Source: an uncultured virus (IMG/VR IMGVR_UViG_3300008114_000015) (Duplodnaviria; Heunggongvirae; Uroviricota; Caudoviricetes). From it: a DNA stretch of 64,000 nt. A program made the position numbers and the translations under genes. The notes under the pieces were generated by a model. It saw only the letters and a list, made by a program, of their open reading frames with translations, was not told the DNA's origin and did no database searches. The stretch is taken from the IMG/VR virus record IMGVR_UViG_3300008114_000015; one strand, written 5' to 3'. Shown in pieces: positions 1 through 10,576 of this stretch (positions within the stretch are counted from its first letter, which is position 1; each line of letters starts with the position of its first letter).

Positions 1-474
1 GCAGCCAGTTATCCAGGTGCGGTACGTCCCTTTGTTAACAAAACAAACGTTGTTGACATTATTGACGCAGCTCACCCAAATTCATTACAAGAAGAAGTTG
101 TTGCTATTGAGAGCACAATTGGTTTAAACCCAGCGCTTTCAACAGCCCCTTCTCCATCAGGAACTTTTTCAGCAACAGCGACTCAATACACCACTCTTGT
201 ACAAAGATTGGCAAATATTGAAACCGGTATTGTCGCGGATGTGCATACGCAGTATGTTAGAAAAACAGGTAACGAAACAATCGTTAACGGAACTTCTACC
301 AACGTAGCATTAGTTATTAGAGGGGCGGCCAGTCAAAGCGCAAATCTATTGGAATGGCGTAACTCGTCTAATACTTTGTTAGCAAGCGTTTCGGCAAGCG
401 GCGTATTGTCGGTCCCATCTGTATCAGCGCCAGAAACAGACCACGCTTTACTTCTTGGCATTTTAGGGTCGTAA
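1..474 (+). CDS. Virion structural/minor tail protein, 5'-truncated (frame open from base 1)
   Basis: Frame 1 is open from position 1 (AASYPGAVRPF...) into the listed 208-474 ORF; Ser/Thr/Ala-rich; precedes the baseplate-like gene. Confidence 0.55.
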   Translation, partial: AASYPGAVRPFVNKTNVVDIIDAAHPNSLQEEVVAIESTIGLNPALSTAPSPSGTFSATATQYTTLVQRLANIETGIVADVHTQYVRKTGNETIVNGTSTNVALVIRGAASQSANLLEWRNSSNTLLASVSASGVLSVPSVSAPETDHALLLGILGS

Positions 475-477
475 TAA

Positions 478-2718
478 ATGGCACGCTATGGCGTTGATTA
501 CTACGGTTTAGTTGCGTACGGATCAGACTCAACTTCTTTTGTTGAGTTTGACGCATCCCCGTTTACAGCGACGCCTATCGGCTATCAAAAAATTCGTCTT
601 GAATGGACCTCTCCTTCTGGAGACTGGTCAAGAATTCGTTTAGTCCGTAACACCTATGGATTCCCTTTGTCTGTGGATGATGGTGCTGTGGTTTACGATG
701 AACCTAAAAGCTTTGACGTAGGTGTATACGATGACACTGGTCAAATTCCGGACGAAATTGGTTTAAAACCAGGAATTGCTTATCACTACAGTCTTTTTGT
801 TTTTGATACTCAAAACGAAGTTTGGGTAAAAGCCGGTAACGCTTTTGCAATTTCTATTAAAGACTACGGAACTTTTGATTATCTATACAACGCCATACCT
901 GGAATTTACAGAACAAATAACTTAAAGGTTATTACAGATACTGGGGCAAATGAAGACCTCGAAGACTTTTTAAGAATTTTTGCTGTTGCTTTAGACTTGT
1001 ACAAGACTAACGCAGACCTTGTTCGTCAAACATACGATACCTCAGTAGCGTACGCCCCAATCATTCCTGTAATGATGCAACAATTTGGTTTGGCTTTTGA
1101 GCCAGAACTTGGATTACAACAGTCACGTATTCTTTTGCGTAACGTTGCTTATATTGACAAATCAAAAGGTAGTTTAGAGGGTATTGAAAATTTTATTAAA
1201 GCTTTTACTGGATACGATCAAATAACTACACCAAGCAAAAACATCATGCTTGATTACAATGATTCTTCTTTTGAAGAGTCTGTTGGTCGTTGGGCATCAA
1301 TTGCTAGAGCAACTCTTGATAGAGTTAACAATGCAGTAGTTGCTCCGTACGTAGAGTCTACATTACCTTCCCTTTTCCCAAACAAAGCTACTGGTGCTCT
1401 AAGAGTTACCTGTGGTTCTGGTGGTGACGCAGAGTTTGCTTGCGGACTTAGCGCACCTAAAACACGTGGCATACCTGTAAAAGAAGGTTTTGTTTATACG
1501 TTCTCTATTTACTCAAGAGCAGCCTCAACAACAAGAGGCATTTACTTAGATATACGTTGGTTTAATCTATACGGACAAGAACTGTCTCGTGCTGGCGAAA
1601 CTAACTGGACAAATTCAGCCGGTGGTTGGACTCGTGGTTCAGTGACCGACACGGCGCCCGTTGATTGCTTTTTTATGGTTCCAACAATTCGAATTCAAGG
1701 ATCTGCAACTAGTGAAGTTCATTACTTTGACGCAGCTCAAGTAGAAGAAAGCTCAATTGGCGTTACAGATTTTGAAGAGGCTAGAGGAATTAACATTACT
1801 TTAAAAGCCACAAGAGTCAACGAACTTGAAAACCCTGGGTTTGACACAACAATAACTCCTTGGGTTGTTACCGGCGCAACTGGGACTAGAACAAATACAA
1901 TTAAAGATACGGATAGAAATAGCGCGTATTCTTTAGCATTAACTTCTACGACAAATGACGTAGTTGAAGTTTCTTATAACAGATTTATGCCTGTGTCTTC
2001 AGGATTTTGGTACAGCGCAAGTGGTTACATAAGAACAGGTTTTACAGGAGATAGAGCAGAAGATCGTTTAGGTAACTGGGTTATTTCTTGGTATGACTCT
2101 AACCAAACTCTTATTTCTACAAGCACTGATTCCGCTAAAAACTTAACCGAGTTCTATAATGTAACTGAGTACTACAGAACTCAAGGTATTTTGACGGTAT
2201 ATACATCAGAAACAACAAGTCTCGTTGCTGGTCAAGACGTTCGTCTTTTAGACTTTGATGATCCTTCTTTGGATGGAGAATATGAAGTTCAATTTGTTTC
2301 TGGAAGGTTCTTTCAAGTGGTTGCAGCGGGACCTGACATTGATTTAACGGAAGTTAATCCAGGAACATATGTTCAAGATTTAAAACTTGATTTTGTTAGA
2401 AACTCATATTCTGCGCTTTCCCCAACAAACGCGGCTTACGCCAAAATTAAATTTGTTTGGGATAACCCTCTTAACGGACAAATTATCCATTTAGACAGTT
2501 GTATGTTTGAGCGCTCAACAATTGCAAAACCATATTTTGATGGAAGCACAGGATTCAGCTCAACTTCAGACCTTGTGTGGGAGAGTAGCCCCTACGAGTC
2601 TAGATCTCACTACTACAAGAACAGAGTTGCTACTCAACTACGCTTAATTGCTCAATTACCTAACTACCTAGTTCACGGAACTCCTTTCGTAATTAGGCTG
2701 GCTCAACCCGAGGAGTAG
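478..2718 (+). CDS. Tail/baseplate protein (P2 gpI-like segment plus carbohydrate-binding-like domains)
   Basis: 746 aa; KSKGSLEGIENFIKAFTG resembles the phage tail protein I motif; repeated DSSFEESVGRW / NPGFDTTITPW and YFDAAQVE / YFDGS CBM-like repeats. Confidence 0.65.
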   Translation: MARYGVDYYGLVAYGSDSTSFVEFDASPFTATPIGYQKIRLEWTSPSGDWSRIRLVRNTYGFPLSVDDGAVVYDEPKSFDVGVYDDTGQIPDEIGLKPGIAYHYSLFVFDTQNEVWVKAGNAFAISIKDYGTFDYLYNAIPGIYRTNNLKVITDTGANEDLEDFLRIFAVALDLYKTNADLVRQTYDTSVAYAPIIPVMMQQFGLAFEPELGLQQSRILLRNVAYIDKSKGSLEGIENFIKAFTGYDQITTPSKNIMLDYNDSSFEESVGRWASIARATLDRVNNAVVAPYVESTLPSLFPNKATGALRVTCGSGGDAEFACGLSAPKTRGIPVKEGFVYTFSIYSRAASTTRGIYLDIRWFNLYGQELSRAGETNWTNSAGGWTRGSVTDTAPVDCFFMVPTIRIQGSATSEVHYFDAAQVEESSIGVTDFEEARGINITLKATRVNELENPGFDTTITPWVVTGATGTRTNTIKDTDRNSAYSLALTSTTNDVVEVSYNRFMPVSSGFWYSASGYIRTGFTGDRAEDRLGNWVISWYDSNQTLISTSTDSAKNLTEFYNVTEYYRTQGILTVYTSETTSLVAGQDVRLLDFDDPSLDGEYEVQFVSGRFFQVVAAGPDIDLTEVNPGTYVQDLKLDFVRNSYSALSPTNAAYAKIKFVWDNPLNGQIIHLDSCMFERSTIAKPYFDGSTGFSSTSDLVWESSPYESRSHYYKNRVATQLRLIAQLPNYLVHGTPFVIRLAQPEE

Positions 2719-2765
2719 ACGCCGGTTAAAAAGTCTGTGTAGTATCCACCGCCTAGGAGGATCAC

Positions 2766-3323
2766 ATGGGATCATTTTTAATAGTTGCTGGAAACAAAGA
2801 AACTACACGGGTAAACGTAGAAGCCCTTTTAGAAGACTATTTTCGAGGCAATGGCAAGGACTTCAGATTAGTTCTTCCGTTTTACGATAGACCAAGTCAG
2901 GGTCAGATATGGGCTCATCAATTAGCCCATGACTTAGGGATACCTAGCTTGGTGGTTGCTCCAGAGAACGCTTTGTTGATTGGACTCAATACGTCCGATT
3001 TGCACCATTCGTCGGATCCAATACAGGCTACGGTAGAACTGGCTGGAACCGCTGAAAACGGCTCTGTAGCCTTTTTGCTTTGGACTGAGGAAGACTCGAA
3101 CACGGTCGCACTACAAACAGCCCTTAAAACGGCTTCTGTGCCCTGCTACGACCTTTGCCTAGGTTTGGTAGAGATATCGGCTGGGAATGCCATTACACCG
3201 TCTCTAAACGCCCCAGAAGCCCCAAAGGTGGTTATTGAGGAAGACGACCTAGCCTCTCGCATTGCGGTCAAGGTTGCTGATATCGTCCTCGCCCAGTTAA
3301 GGGACTCAGGGGTCATTAAGTGA
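2766..3323 (+). CDS. Hypothetical protein
   Basis: 185 aa ORF with strong AGGAGG RBS. Confidence 0.7.
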   Translation: MGSFLIVAGNKETTRVNVEALLEDYFRGNGKDFRLVLPFYDRPSQGQIWAHQLAHDLGIPSLVVAPENALLIGLNTSDLHHSSDPIQATVELAGTAENGSVAFLLWTEEDSNTVALQTALKTASVPCYDLCLGLVEISAGNAITPSLNAPEAPKVVIEEDDLASRIAVKVADIVLAQLRDSGVIK

Positions 3324-4243
3324 AAGACATTTCAGCCAAGGCATACGGCTTTTTGGTAGCCATCTACCAGCATGGGTTAAATATCTCAGCTGAGTCCATG
3401 ATGGATCACTTTGGCGTTGGACGTAGAGCAGCGCTAAGCGGTTTGAAAGAGTTGCGTGAAAACAACTACATAAAAACAAACCTGCTTAGAGTTGAAAACC
3501 GAATTGTGACAGCGTCTAAACTAACCAAAAAAGCAGAGCGGTCTATGTTTGGGATTCCACGTTTTGTGGAGTCACATAATGCGACTGCTATTACACGGAA
3601 TAGGCTAATAAAGCAGAATAATAAATATTCTACTGTTATAAGTAATAAACATTCTTTGGCGGAGCCAAAGGAAGAGTTCAAGACTATGGAAATCGAGGTG
3701 AGCGATATGGGATGGGGAGGATTATTTGATTCGACGTCCGATCCGACCGCCGAACTTAAGGAAGAGCTGGTTAAGGACCAGAAAGTTAAAAAGGCTGAGT
3801 CAAAGGCGGCCAGCGATAAAAGAAAATCTGACCAGACTAAGGCTAGGCGAGAGCTTCAAGGTGAACGCAAGACTTTTAGAGAGCGTAACCTGATGGAAGA
3901 TTGGCGAGTGGTTGACGTTTGTTATGAGTTTGCTGATCGCATCGACCAGCACTTCCATATCGAACCTTGGAAAGTAAATCAAAGCCAGTTCTCTGGGGCA
4001 CTTGCTGGATTACGTAGTCGTCTTGGCACTAACGGCGAACTAGAAGTTGCTGTTATGGATATATTCTTTCGCCAGATAAACATAAAAGATTACAAAGACG
4101 CTGAGGTTCTTTGGAGACTTTACATAAGTCGGTTTGCATCCTTGATTGGTGAGGTTAAGATGTCCCAAGTTACTGAGGAGACTCAGAAGGTTGCAGAGGA
4201 ATCAATGGCTAGAGCGATGAGGGAGTTCGGAAACATTGTTTAA
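3320..4243 (+). CDS. Putative replication initiator (N-terminal winged HTH)
   Basis: N-terminal HTH-like segment (GVGRRAALSGLKELRENNYI); directly upstream of a DnaC-like ATPase. Confidence 0.5.
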   Translation: MKDISAKAYGFLVAIYQHGLNISAESMMDHFGVGRRAALSGLKELRENNYIKTNLLRVENRIVTASKLTKKAERSMFGIPRFVESHNATAITRNRLIKQNNKYSTVISNKHSLAEPKEEFKTMEIEVSDMGWGGLFDSTSDPTAELKEELVKDQKVKKAESKAASDKRKSDQTKARRELQGERKTFRERNLMEDWRVVDVCYEFADRIDQHFHIEPWKVNQSQFSGALAGLRSRLGTNGELEVAVMDIFFRQINIKDYKDAEVLWRLYISRFASLIGEVKMSQVTEETQKVAEESMARAMREFGNIV

Positions 4244-4919
4244 CGTAAACGATTTAAAACTTCGTAGAAATACTTGGATTAGGTCTGCAGGTTTGCCGTC
4301 TCATTTAATTGGTTGGGAATTATCTGATTGTTTGGAAGTTTCGGAAAACACTTTAAGCATTGTAAAAGGCTGGCTTCATAAGGTTCAGTCAGGAAAAATT
4401 ATTGATGCTATTGGAGAAAGAACTTGCGGTAAGGGTTTAGCGTTTTACGGAAGTCCAGGTAACGGCAAAACAACTTTAGCAGCTTCAATTATTCAAGAGG
4501 CTATGCGTACTTTCTCACAAGACGTTTTTTCTTTAAACGACGCACGCCCCTGCTACTTTATAACTTACGCATCTTTGGTAGATCTAAAGGGTTTAACCAT
4601 GGAAGAGTACGTAGATGAATCTACTCAAAACCTTTTTGCAGGCATTATGGGAGAGCACAAAGATGAGTACCGAAATATAAAGATTTTGGTTTTAGATGAT
4701 GTTGGGCGTGAGCATCCAAGTGGAAGCGGATGGAATAAGAATTTATTGCATCACGTATTGAGAAGCCGTTTTAACAGAGGGCTTCCTACCATCGTAACTT
4801 CTAATATTTTGCAAGAAAAGTGGCCTGAATGGTACGGTGAAGCCACAGGTAGCTTTACCCATGAAGCATTTGCCAATATTGAACTAAAATCGGAGAAGGG
4901 AGACCTCAGACGAATATGA
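4236..4919 (+). CDS. DnaC/IstB-like AAA+ helicase loader
   Basis: Walker A GSPGNGKT, Walker B ILVLDDVGRE, RFNRGLPTIVTSN motif. Confidence 0.85.
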   Translation: MFNVNDLKLRRNTWIRSAGLPSHLIGWELSDCLEVSENTLSIVKGWLHKVQSGKIIDAIGERTCGKGLAFYGSPGNGKTTLAASIIQEAMRTFSQDVFSLNDARPCYFITYASLVDLKGLTMEEYVDESTQNLFAGIMGEHKDEYRNIKILVLDDVGREHPSGSGWNKNLLHHVLRSRFNRGLPTIVTSNILQEKWPEWYGEATGSFTHEAFANIELKSEKGDLRRI

Positions 4920-5224
4920 TGGAGTCATCAGTGGAGCAGAGCCGACTTATACAGATCTTCTTAAGTCCTGCTGCCAGCCCCGGTCCTTGCATCTTTGAAG
5001 TTAGCAGTAATAACGGAAAGTTGTACTGCACCTGTCCAGGTTTTAACGGACGGTCAACTTGCAAGCACACTCGATTTGTAAAAGCTCGTATTGAGTCAAA
5101 TGGTGGAACTTATCCGTTAGAGATACTAAAGTCCGCCACCCCTACAGACGCAAAGGTAGCCGAGTCTTCTCCAGAAGCATTTAGAGACTTTGTAATTCGT
5201 TTTGCAAAGATAGAAGTTTTTTAA
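4916..5224 (+). CDS. SWIM zinc-finger protein
   Basis: CTCPGF...CKH signature. Confidence 0.75.
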   Translation: MMESSVEQSRLIQIFLSPAASPGPCIFEVSSNNGKLYCTCPGFNGRSTCKHTRFVKARIESNGGTYPLEILKSATPTDAKVAESSPEAFRDFVIRFAKIEVF

Positions 5225-5635
5225 ATGCAGTTTGGGGATATCAGTAACGATATACCTAAGCGTGTAATTGTTACTACTAACGTTTTTGTTTTGCTGGAGT
5301 ATGAAAAACTTCCACGCAAATATAAATTATTTAAACAGACGCGCAAAAAAGTTTCTTTTAAAAAAGAAGTCTTAAGCAAGTTGTACTTGTGGGGAATGCA
5401 AGTTCCTTACACGATAGAACTAGCCTCATTTGACTTGTCACAAGAAGAACTGCAAAAATTGTTTGATACGTTAGATGAGTACGGAACCAATCCTTTCAGG
5501 TATTGCGTTGCTTACACATCTGTGGAAGATTTGGTTAGCCAACTTCCGTATAGACCGGAACTTTTGGGTGTCATAGACATGCCAAGCCGTCTGTTACGGT
5601 ACGGGCACTGGGGAATGGATATAACGAGGTTATGA
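5225..5635 (+). CDS. Hypothetical protein
   Basis: 136 aa ORF translationally coupled within the replication operon. Confidence 0.65.
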   Translation: MQFGDISNDIPKRVIVTTNVFVLLEYEKLPRKYKLFKQTRKKVSFKKEVLSKLYLWGMQVPYTIELASFDLSQEELQKLFDTLDEYGTNPFRYCVAYTSVEDLVSQLPYRPELLGVIDMPSRLLRYGHWGMDITRL

Positions 5636-6876
5636 ATAACGAAAAACGTTTATTAAGTAAGGCGATTGAAAGTCGTGACCTTGTACCTTTATTTGATCGT
5701 CAGGTTAATCAATCTTGGTTTTCAGATGAGAACGATAAAAAGATTTGGGTGTTTTTAAGAGAACACCACAGCAGATATGGCGAATGCCCCAGCCTAGAAG
5801 TTGTTAAAGAAAATTACCCTTCTTTTGAACTTGCTCCAGTAACTGATTCTATTGATTACATTCTTGATTCGTTAGTTTCTTCGCGTCGCAGAATAACTAC
5901 TGCCAATATTCTTAGAGACGCTATCGAGAAGTTAGATAGGGAAAACGACCACGAAGCTGCTGTTAGAGTTCTTGAAGCCGGTATTGTCCAAATGGACGAT
6001 CAAGGTTTTTCTAAAAGCAACGACGTAGATATTACGCAAGAGCCGGAACTAGATAGACGTTGGGAACGGTATCAACGCCGTAAAGAAATACCAGACGGTT
6101 TGCTTGGGCTACCTACAGGTTTTCCTACTATTGATAAAGTAACTAACGGTCTTCAACCAGAACAATTGATTGTTATTACCGCTACCCCTAAAACAGGTAA
6201 ATCAACTGTTGCTATGCAAATTGCCATTAACATCCACGTAAACTCGGATGTAACGCCTATGTTCTATTCGTTTGAGATGAGTAACAGAGAGCAAGAAGAT
6301 CGTTACGATGCAATGAGAGCAAGAGTTTCACACCAGCGTTTAATCACAGGAACACTTACACCTGACGAAGAACTTAGATATTCTCGCCTAGTTATTGAAC
6401 GAATGAGAGAAGACAAAAACAAGTTTTGGTTGGTTGATCAATCTTCAGGAGCCACTCTTTCTCAGGTAGCTGCAAAACTACAAACACATCAACCTGGAAT
6501 TCTTTTTATTGACGGTATGTATTTGATGATTGATGAGCAGACTGGAGAATCTAACACCCCACAAGCTTTAACTAACTTAACTCGTGGATTTAAAAGATTG
6601 GCGCAGAAGTACAGTCTTCCTATTGTTATAACTACTCAGTCTCTTGATTGGAAGAAAGGCAAAGGCGGGCGACTAACCGCTAACTCTATTGGTTACTCAT
6701 CATCTTTCTATCAAGATGCAGACGTTATTTTCGGTCTAGAAAAACCTGAAGATAGTGTTGATGAAACTCGCATTCTTTCCATTCTTGCCAGCCGTAATTC
6801 TGGTCCAGGATCTACATTCCTTGCTTGGGGTTGGGACTCTGGAACATTTCGTGAGATGTCAGGTGAAGACCTATGA
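5632..6876 (+). CDS. dnaB: DnaB-like replicative helicase
   Basis: GLPTGFPTID, ATPKTGKS Walker A, SFEMS, FIDGMYLM, QDADVI motifs. Confidence 0.9.
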   Translation: MNNEKRLLSKAIESRDLVPLFDRQVNQSWFSDENDKKIWVFLREHHSRYGECPSLEVVKENYPSFELAPVTDSIDYILDSLVSSRRRITTANILRDAIEKLDRENDHEAAVRVLEAGIVQMDDQGFSKSNDVDITQEPELDRRWERYQRRKEIPDGLLGLPTGFPTIDKVTNGLQPEQLIVITATPKTGKSTVAMQIAINIHVNSDVTPMFYSFEMSNREQEDRYDAMRARVSHQRLITGTLTPDEELRYSRLVIERMREDKNKFWLVDQSSGATLSQVAAKLQTHQPGILFIDGMYLMIDEQTGESNTPQALTNLTRGFKRLAQKYSLPIVITTQSLDWKKGKGGRLTANSIGYSSSFYQDADVIFGLEKPEDSVDETRILSILASRNSGPGSTFLAWGWDSGTFREMSGEDL

Positions 6877-7802
6877 CACCAGAAGAGATGGAAGATTTTT
6901 TACATGGTCTTGGTATTGAGACATACGGCGCTCGCGGTTCTGAAGTAAAAGCGCTTTGCCCTGGGCATTTAGATAGAACAGGAAAGCCCGATAACAATCC
7001 CTCTTGGTCTATTAATTCTGATACCGGAGCACACAATTGTTTTTCTTGTGGTTTTCGAGGAAGCCTTCAGTATTTAGTTTCTTACATGAATGGCATTCCT
7101 ATGGAAGAAGCTGGAGAGTGGGTAAAGACAACCACTAGCGATCTTGCTAAACGTTTAGAGCGTGCCCTAGCTCCTAAGAAAGTTGTTGAGAAACCAGAGA
7201 TTGATATAACAGAAGCAAACTTGGCTGCTTACACCACTCCACCAAAGGAGATATTACTTAGTCGTGGAATAACAACAGACTCCGCAATTAAGTATGGAGT
7301 TTTGTACGATTACAGAAAAGACTTATGGATTATTCCAATACGAGATGTTTTTGGAAAATTATTGGGATGGCAAGAAAAAAGTGTTAGGGGAAGATTTTTT
7401 AGAAATTACCCAGCAGGCATGCAAAAGAGTAAATCTTTATTTGGGTATCACCAATACACAGGTGGAACCATGGTTGTTGTTGAGTCGCCGTTAGATGTAT
7501 TAAGGCTAGATTCTGTTGGGGTGTCGGGTGGCGTAGCAACTTTTGGAACCTCAGTTTCCATGGACCAACTTGCGCTTATTAAGGGAGCTAATCGAGTGAT
7601 TCTTGCTATGGATAATGATGAGGCTGGCAAAGCAACCTCATTAGACCTGGTCAATAAAGCGCGAGACCTGTGGATGGAGTTTTGGCTTTTTGACTATTCT
7701 CACGTAGACGTGAAAGATATAGGCGCTATGAGCAAGAACGAGATCCTCCAGGGTCTTGATCGAGCAAAACATTGTTTATACGGAGATAGGAGCTTAGCGT
7801 GA
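6873..7802 (+). CDS. dnaG: DNA primase (Zn finger + TOPRIM)
   Basis: CPGH...HNCFSC zinc finger; VVESPLD and MDNDEAG TOPRIM motifs. Confidence 0.9.
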   Translation: MTPEEMEDFLHGLGIETYGARGSEVKALCPGHLDRTGKPDNNPSWSINSDTGAHNCFSCGFRGSLQYLVSYMNGIPMEEAGEWVKTTTSDLAKRLERALAPKKVVEKPEIDITEANLAAYTTPPKEILLSRGITTDSAIKYGVLYDYRKDLWIIPIRDVFGKLLGWQEKSVRGRFFRNYPAGMQKSKSLFGYHQYTGGTMVVVESPLDVLRLDSVGVSGGVATFGTSVSMDQLALIKGANRVILAMDNDEAGKATSLDLVNKARDLWMEFWLFDYSHVDVKDIGAMSKNEILQGLDRAKHCLYGDRSLA

Positions 7803-8350
7803 TTATTGGAATATCTGGGTATGCCCGTAGCGGTAAAGATACGGTTGCTTCTTTTTTAGTAGAAGAGCATGGGTTTAAACGACTTGCGTTTGCAGATCCA
7901 ATTAAAGAGTTCACATTAAAAATTAACCCAATCATTGAAGGTCAACTTAGGTTACAAGATGTTGTTCAAATGTATGGTTGGGAAGTTGCTAAATCAAAAG
8001 AAGAAGTTCGTAGACTTCTACAAGAAACCGGCATGGCCGCTCGCATTATGTTTGGCGAAGACTTCTGGGTCGAGCAAGCATTTGCTGGAGCAGACCCATC
8101 AGAAGATTATGTTATTTCTGATGTTAGGTTTCCAAACGAAGCTGATTACATACGAGATTTAGCCGGTGCTGTTTGGCGCATTAATCGTTGGGGGGTTGCT
8201 CCAATAAATAAACATGCATCTGAAGTTGCAATGGATATGTACCCGTTTGATTACGTTATTGATAACGATGGTCCGTTAAGCAAACTTCAGTTTATGGCTA
8301 AAAAAGGAATAAACTCCTACCTATACAACGGTGCTAACGTCAATCGATGA
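7799..8350 (+). CDS. Deoxynucleoside monophosphate kinase
   Basis: IIGISGYARSGKDT P-loop, FADPIK, ISDVRFPNE, HASE motifs. Confidence 0.9.
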   Translation: MIIGISGYARSGKDTVASFLVEEHGFKRLAFADPIKEFTLKINPIIEGQLRLQDVVQMYGWEVAKSKEEVRRLLQETGMAARIMFGEDFWVEQAFAGADPSEDYVISDVRFPNEADYIRDLAGAVWRINRWGVAPINKHASEVAMDMYPFDYVIDNDGPLSKLQFMAKKGINSYLYNGANVNR

Positions 8351-9939
8351 CATTTACGGGGACGCTTTTACCTTATCAACCTGAGGCGGTTGAGAAAATG
8401 ACTGACCGCCATAAGGTTCTTGTTGCCTATGATCTTGGGCTAGGTAAAACCGTTCTTACTATTGCAGCGGTAGAACAATTGATGGATTCAGGAGAAATAA
8501 CTGAACCTGGGATGGTCATTTGTTTATCCAGCCTTAAATATCAATGGGCTAATCAAATAGAAAAATTTACTAACGGTACGTCTAAAGCATTAGTCATAGA
8601 CGGTACCCCAAAGAAACGTCAGGAACAGTACGAATCAGCGTATAACTGGCGTGAAACAAAAGTAGATTATGTAATCATGAACTATGAGCAGGTAGTAAAC
8701 GATTGGGCATTTGTAAAAAAATTGCCTAGAGGATTTATTGTCTGTGACGAAGCCACCGCTATCAAATCATTTAGATCAAAAAGATCTAAAGCCGTTAAAC
8801 GAATGTCTAACGCGCCCTTTAAGTTTGCTCTAACTGGTACCCCTATAGAGAACGGAAAACCAGAAGAGTTATTTAGCATCATGCAGTTTGTAGACGATTC
8901 CGTTCTAGGAAGGTTTGACATCTTTGACTCAGCATTTATTGTTCGTAATAATTGGGGTGGAGTTCAGCGTTATCGTAATTTGCCTACTCTTCATGAGCGT
9001 CTTAAGGAAGCAAGTGTTAGAAAGTCACAAAAAGATCCAGACGTTGCGCCTCACCTACCAGATTCCATACATAATGAACCAATTCTCATCTCGCTCGATA
9101 GAAGAGGAGCCAAGCTTTACGAAAAGATAAAAAGCGATTTACTAGATGACTTAGAAGAAGCAACTGCTTTATTTGGTAAAAACTTTAATATCTTTGCTCA
9201 TTACGGGATGCAAGGGTCTTCTGGAAATACTGCTGAAAATGAGTGGCGCGGAAAGATTATGGCTAAAGTTGGGGCATTGAAGATGCTTTGTTCACACCCA
9301 GATTTACTTCGCACTAGTGCCACTAAGTTTTTAACTTCTTCGGGAGAAGGTTCTTCTTACGCTAATAACCTGGTAGAAGGCGGTTATTTAGATGGAGTTG
9401 ATACCTCTCCTAAACTAAAACTATTAATCCAGTACGCCAAAGACTTTTTGGAACAGGACAGCGAAAACAAATTAGTTGTTTTTGCCACGTATGTAGACAT
9501 GGTAGATAAAATATCTGAGGCGCTTTCAGAATACGGAGTAAAAACTTACACAGGTAAACTAGATGCTAAAACCAAGGAGGACAACAAAATTGCTTTCAAC
9601 ACTGATCCTGGTATTCGTGTCCTTGTGTCTTCAGACGCTGGTGGTTATGGCGTTGATTTACCGGCTGCTAACCTCCTCATCAATTACGACTTGCCATGGT
9701 CATCCGGAGGGGCTACACAACGCAACGGCAGAATCATGCGTGCATCATCAAAATGGCCGAGCATAGTTATTCAAGATCTTTTGGTAGACGGCTCAATCGA
9801 AGTTAGACAACACGACATGCTTCAGCATAAGAATGCTGTAGCAAGCGCAGTAATCGATGGAGAGGGCATAAATGAGGCTGGAGGCATAGATTTCACACTT
9901 AGTAGCTTGAATAAGTTCCTTTTGAGCAACTATGTGTAA
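8347..9939 (+). CDS. SNF2-family helicase
   Basis: LGLGKT, DEAT, LTGTPIEN, GGYGVDL, QRNGRIMR motifs. Confidence 0.9.
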   Translation: MTFTGTLLPYQPEAVEKMTDRHKVLVAYDLGLGKTVLTIAAVEQLMDSGEITEPGMVICLSSLKYQWANQIEKFTNGTSKALVIDGTPKKRQEQYESAYNWRETKVDYVIMNYEQVVNDWAFVKKLPRGFIVCDEATAIKSFRSKRSKAVKRMSNAPFKFALTGTPIENGKPEELFSIMQFVDDSVLGRFDIFDSAFIVRNNWGGVQRYRNLPTLHERLKEASVRKSQKDPDVAPHLPDSIHNEPILISLDRRGAKLYEKIKSDLLDDLEEATALFGKNFNIFAHYGMQGSSGNTAENEWRGKIMAKVGALKMLCSHPDLLRTSATKFLTSSGEGSSYANNLVEGGYLDGVDTSPKLKLLIQYAKDFLEQDSENKLVVFATYVDMVDKISEALSEYGVKTYTGKLDAKTKEDNKIAFNTDPGIRVLVSSDAGGYGVDLPAANLLINYDLPWSSGGATQRNGRIMRASSKWPSIVIQDLLVDGSIEVRQHDMLQHKNAVASAVIDGEGINEAGGIDFTLSSLNKFLLSNYV

Positions 9940-9951
9940 TACAATTAAGGC

Positions 9952-10101
9952 ATGCCAAACGCACCTAAGACCCCAACGCGTACTATCCGCGTAGCCGATG
10001 ACCTGTGGGTCTCAGTCCAAAAAAAGGCCGCCCTTGAAGGCGTAACTGTCACAAGCGTGATTATTAAGGCTCTTGAAGCCTACATAGACAAAAAGGACTA
10101 A
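9952..10101 (+). CDS. Ribbon-helix-helix DNA-binding protein (49 aa, below ORF-track cutoff)
   Basis: My translation MPNAPKTPTRTIRVADDLWVSVQKKAALEGVTVTSVIIKALEAYIDKKD fits the Arc/CopG RHH pattern. Confidence 0.75.
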   Translation: MPNAPKTPTRTIRVADDLWVSVQKKAALEGVTVTSVIIKALEAYIDKKD

Positions 10102-10183
10102 TCGGACATATACAAACCCTATTGGATTTGTCGGTAGGGTCTGTTAGGTTATACCCTCTAACCACTTAACGAGAGGGATCTCA

Positions 10184-10576
10184 ATGACACTAGACAAGAA
10201 ACAACTGACCAATGAAGCTAAGCAATACAAGTCGCTTAAGGATGAAATAAAGTTCTTAACAGAACGACTTGGTGAAGTTAAAGAACGACTTAATGACGCC
10301 GTAAAAGAACTCGGCGAAGTCGATGGTCGCGGTCACATCACACTAGAGCTGGATGATGACATTAAAGTCGTAAATCAACGCAAAGTATCCAAAGTTTTGG
10401 ATAACGACACAGCAATGAAGATCCTTACAGATAAAAATCTTCTTGATGACTGTGCCCCATTAGTTCGTCAAGTTGATCAAGATGCTGTTATGGCAGCTGT
10501 GTATAAAGGTCAACTAACTGAAGACGAAGTTGATTCAATGTTCCCCGCAAAGGTTACCTACGCACTGATCGTATGA
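10184..10576 (+). CDS. Hypothetical phage protein (coiled-coil N-terminus)
   Basis: 130 aa ORF with GAGAGGG RBS. Confidence 0.7.
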   Translation: MTLDKKQLTNEAKQYKSLKDEIKFLTERLGEVKERLNDAVKELGEVDGRGHITLELDDDIKVVNQRKVSKVLDNDTAMKILTDKNLLDDCAPLVRQVDQDAVMAAVYKGQLTEDEVDSMFPAKVTYALIV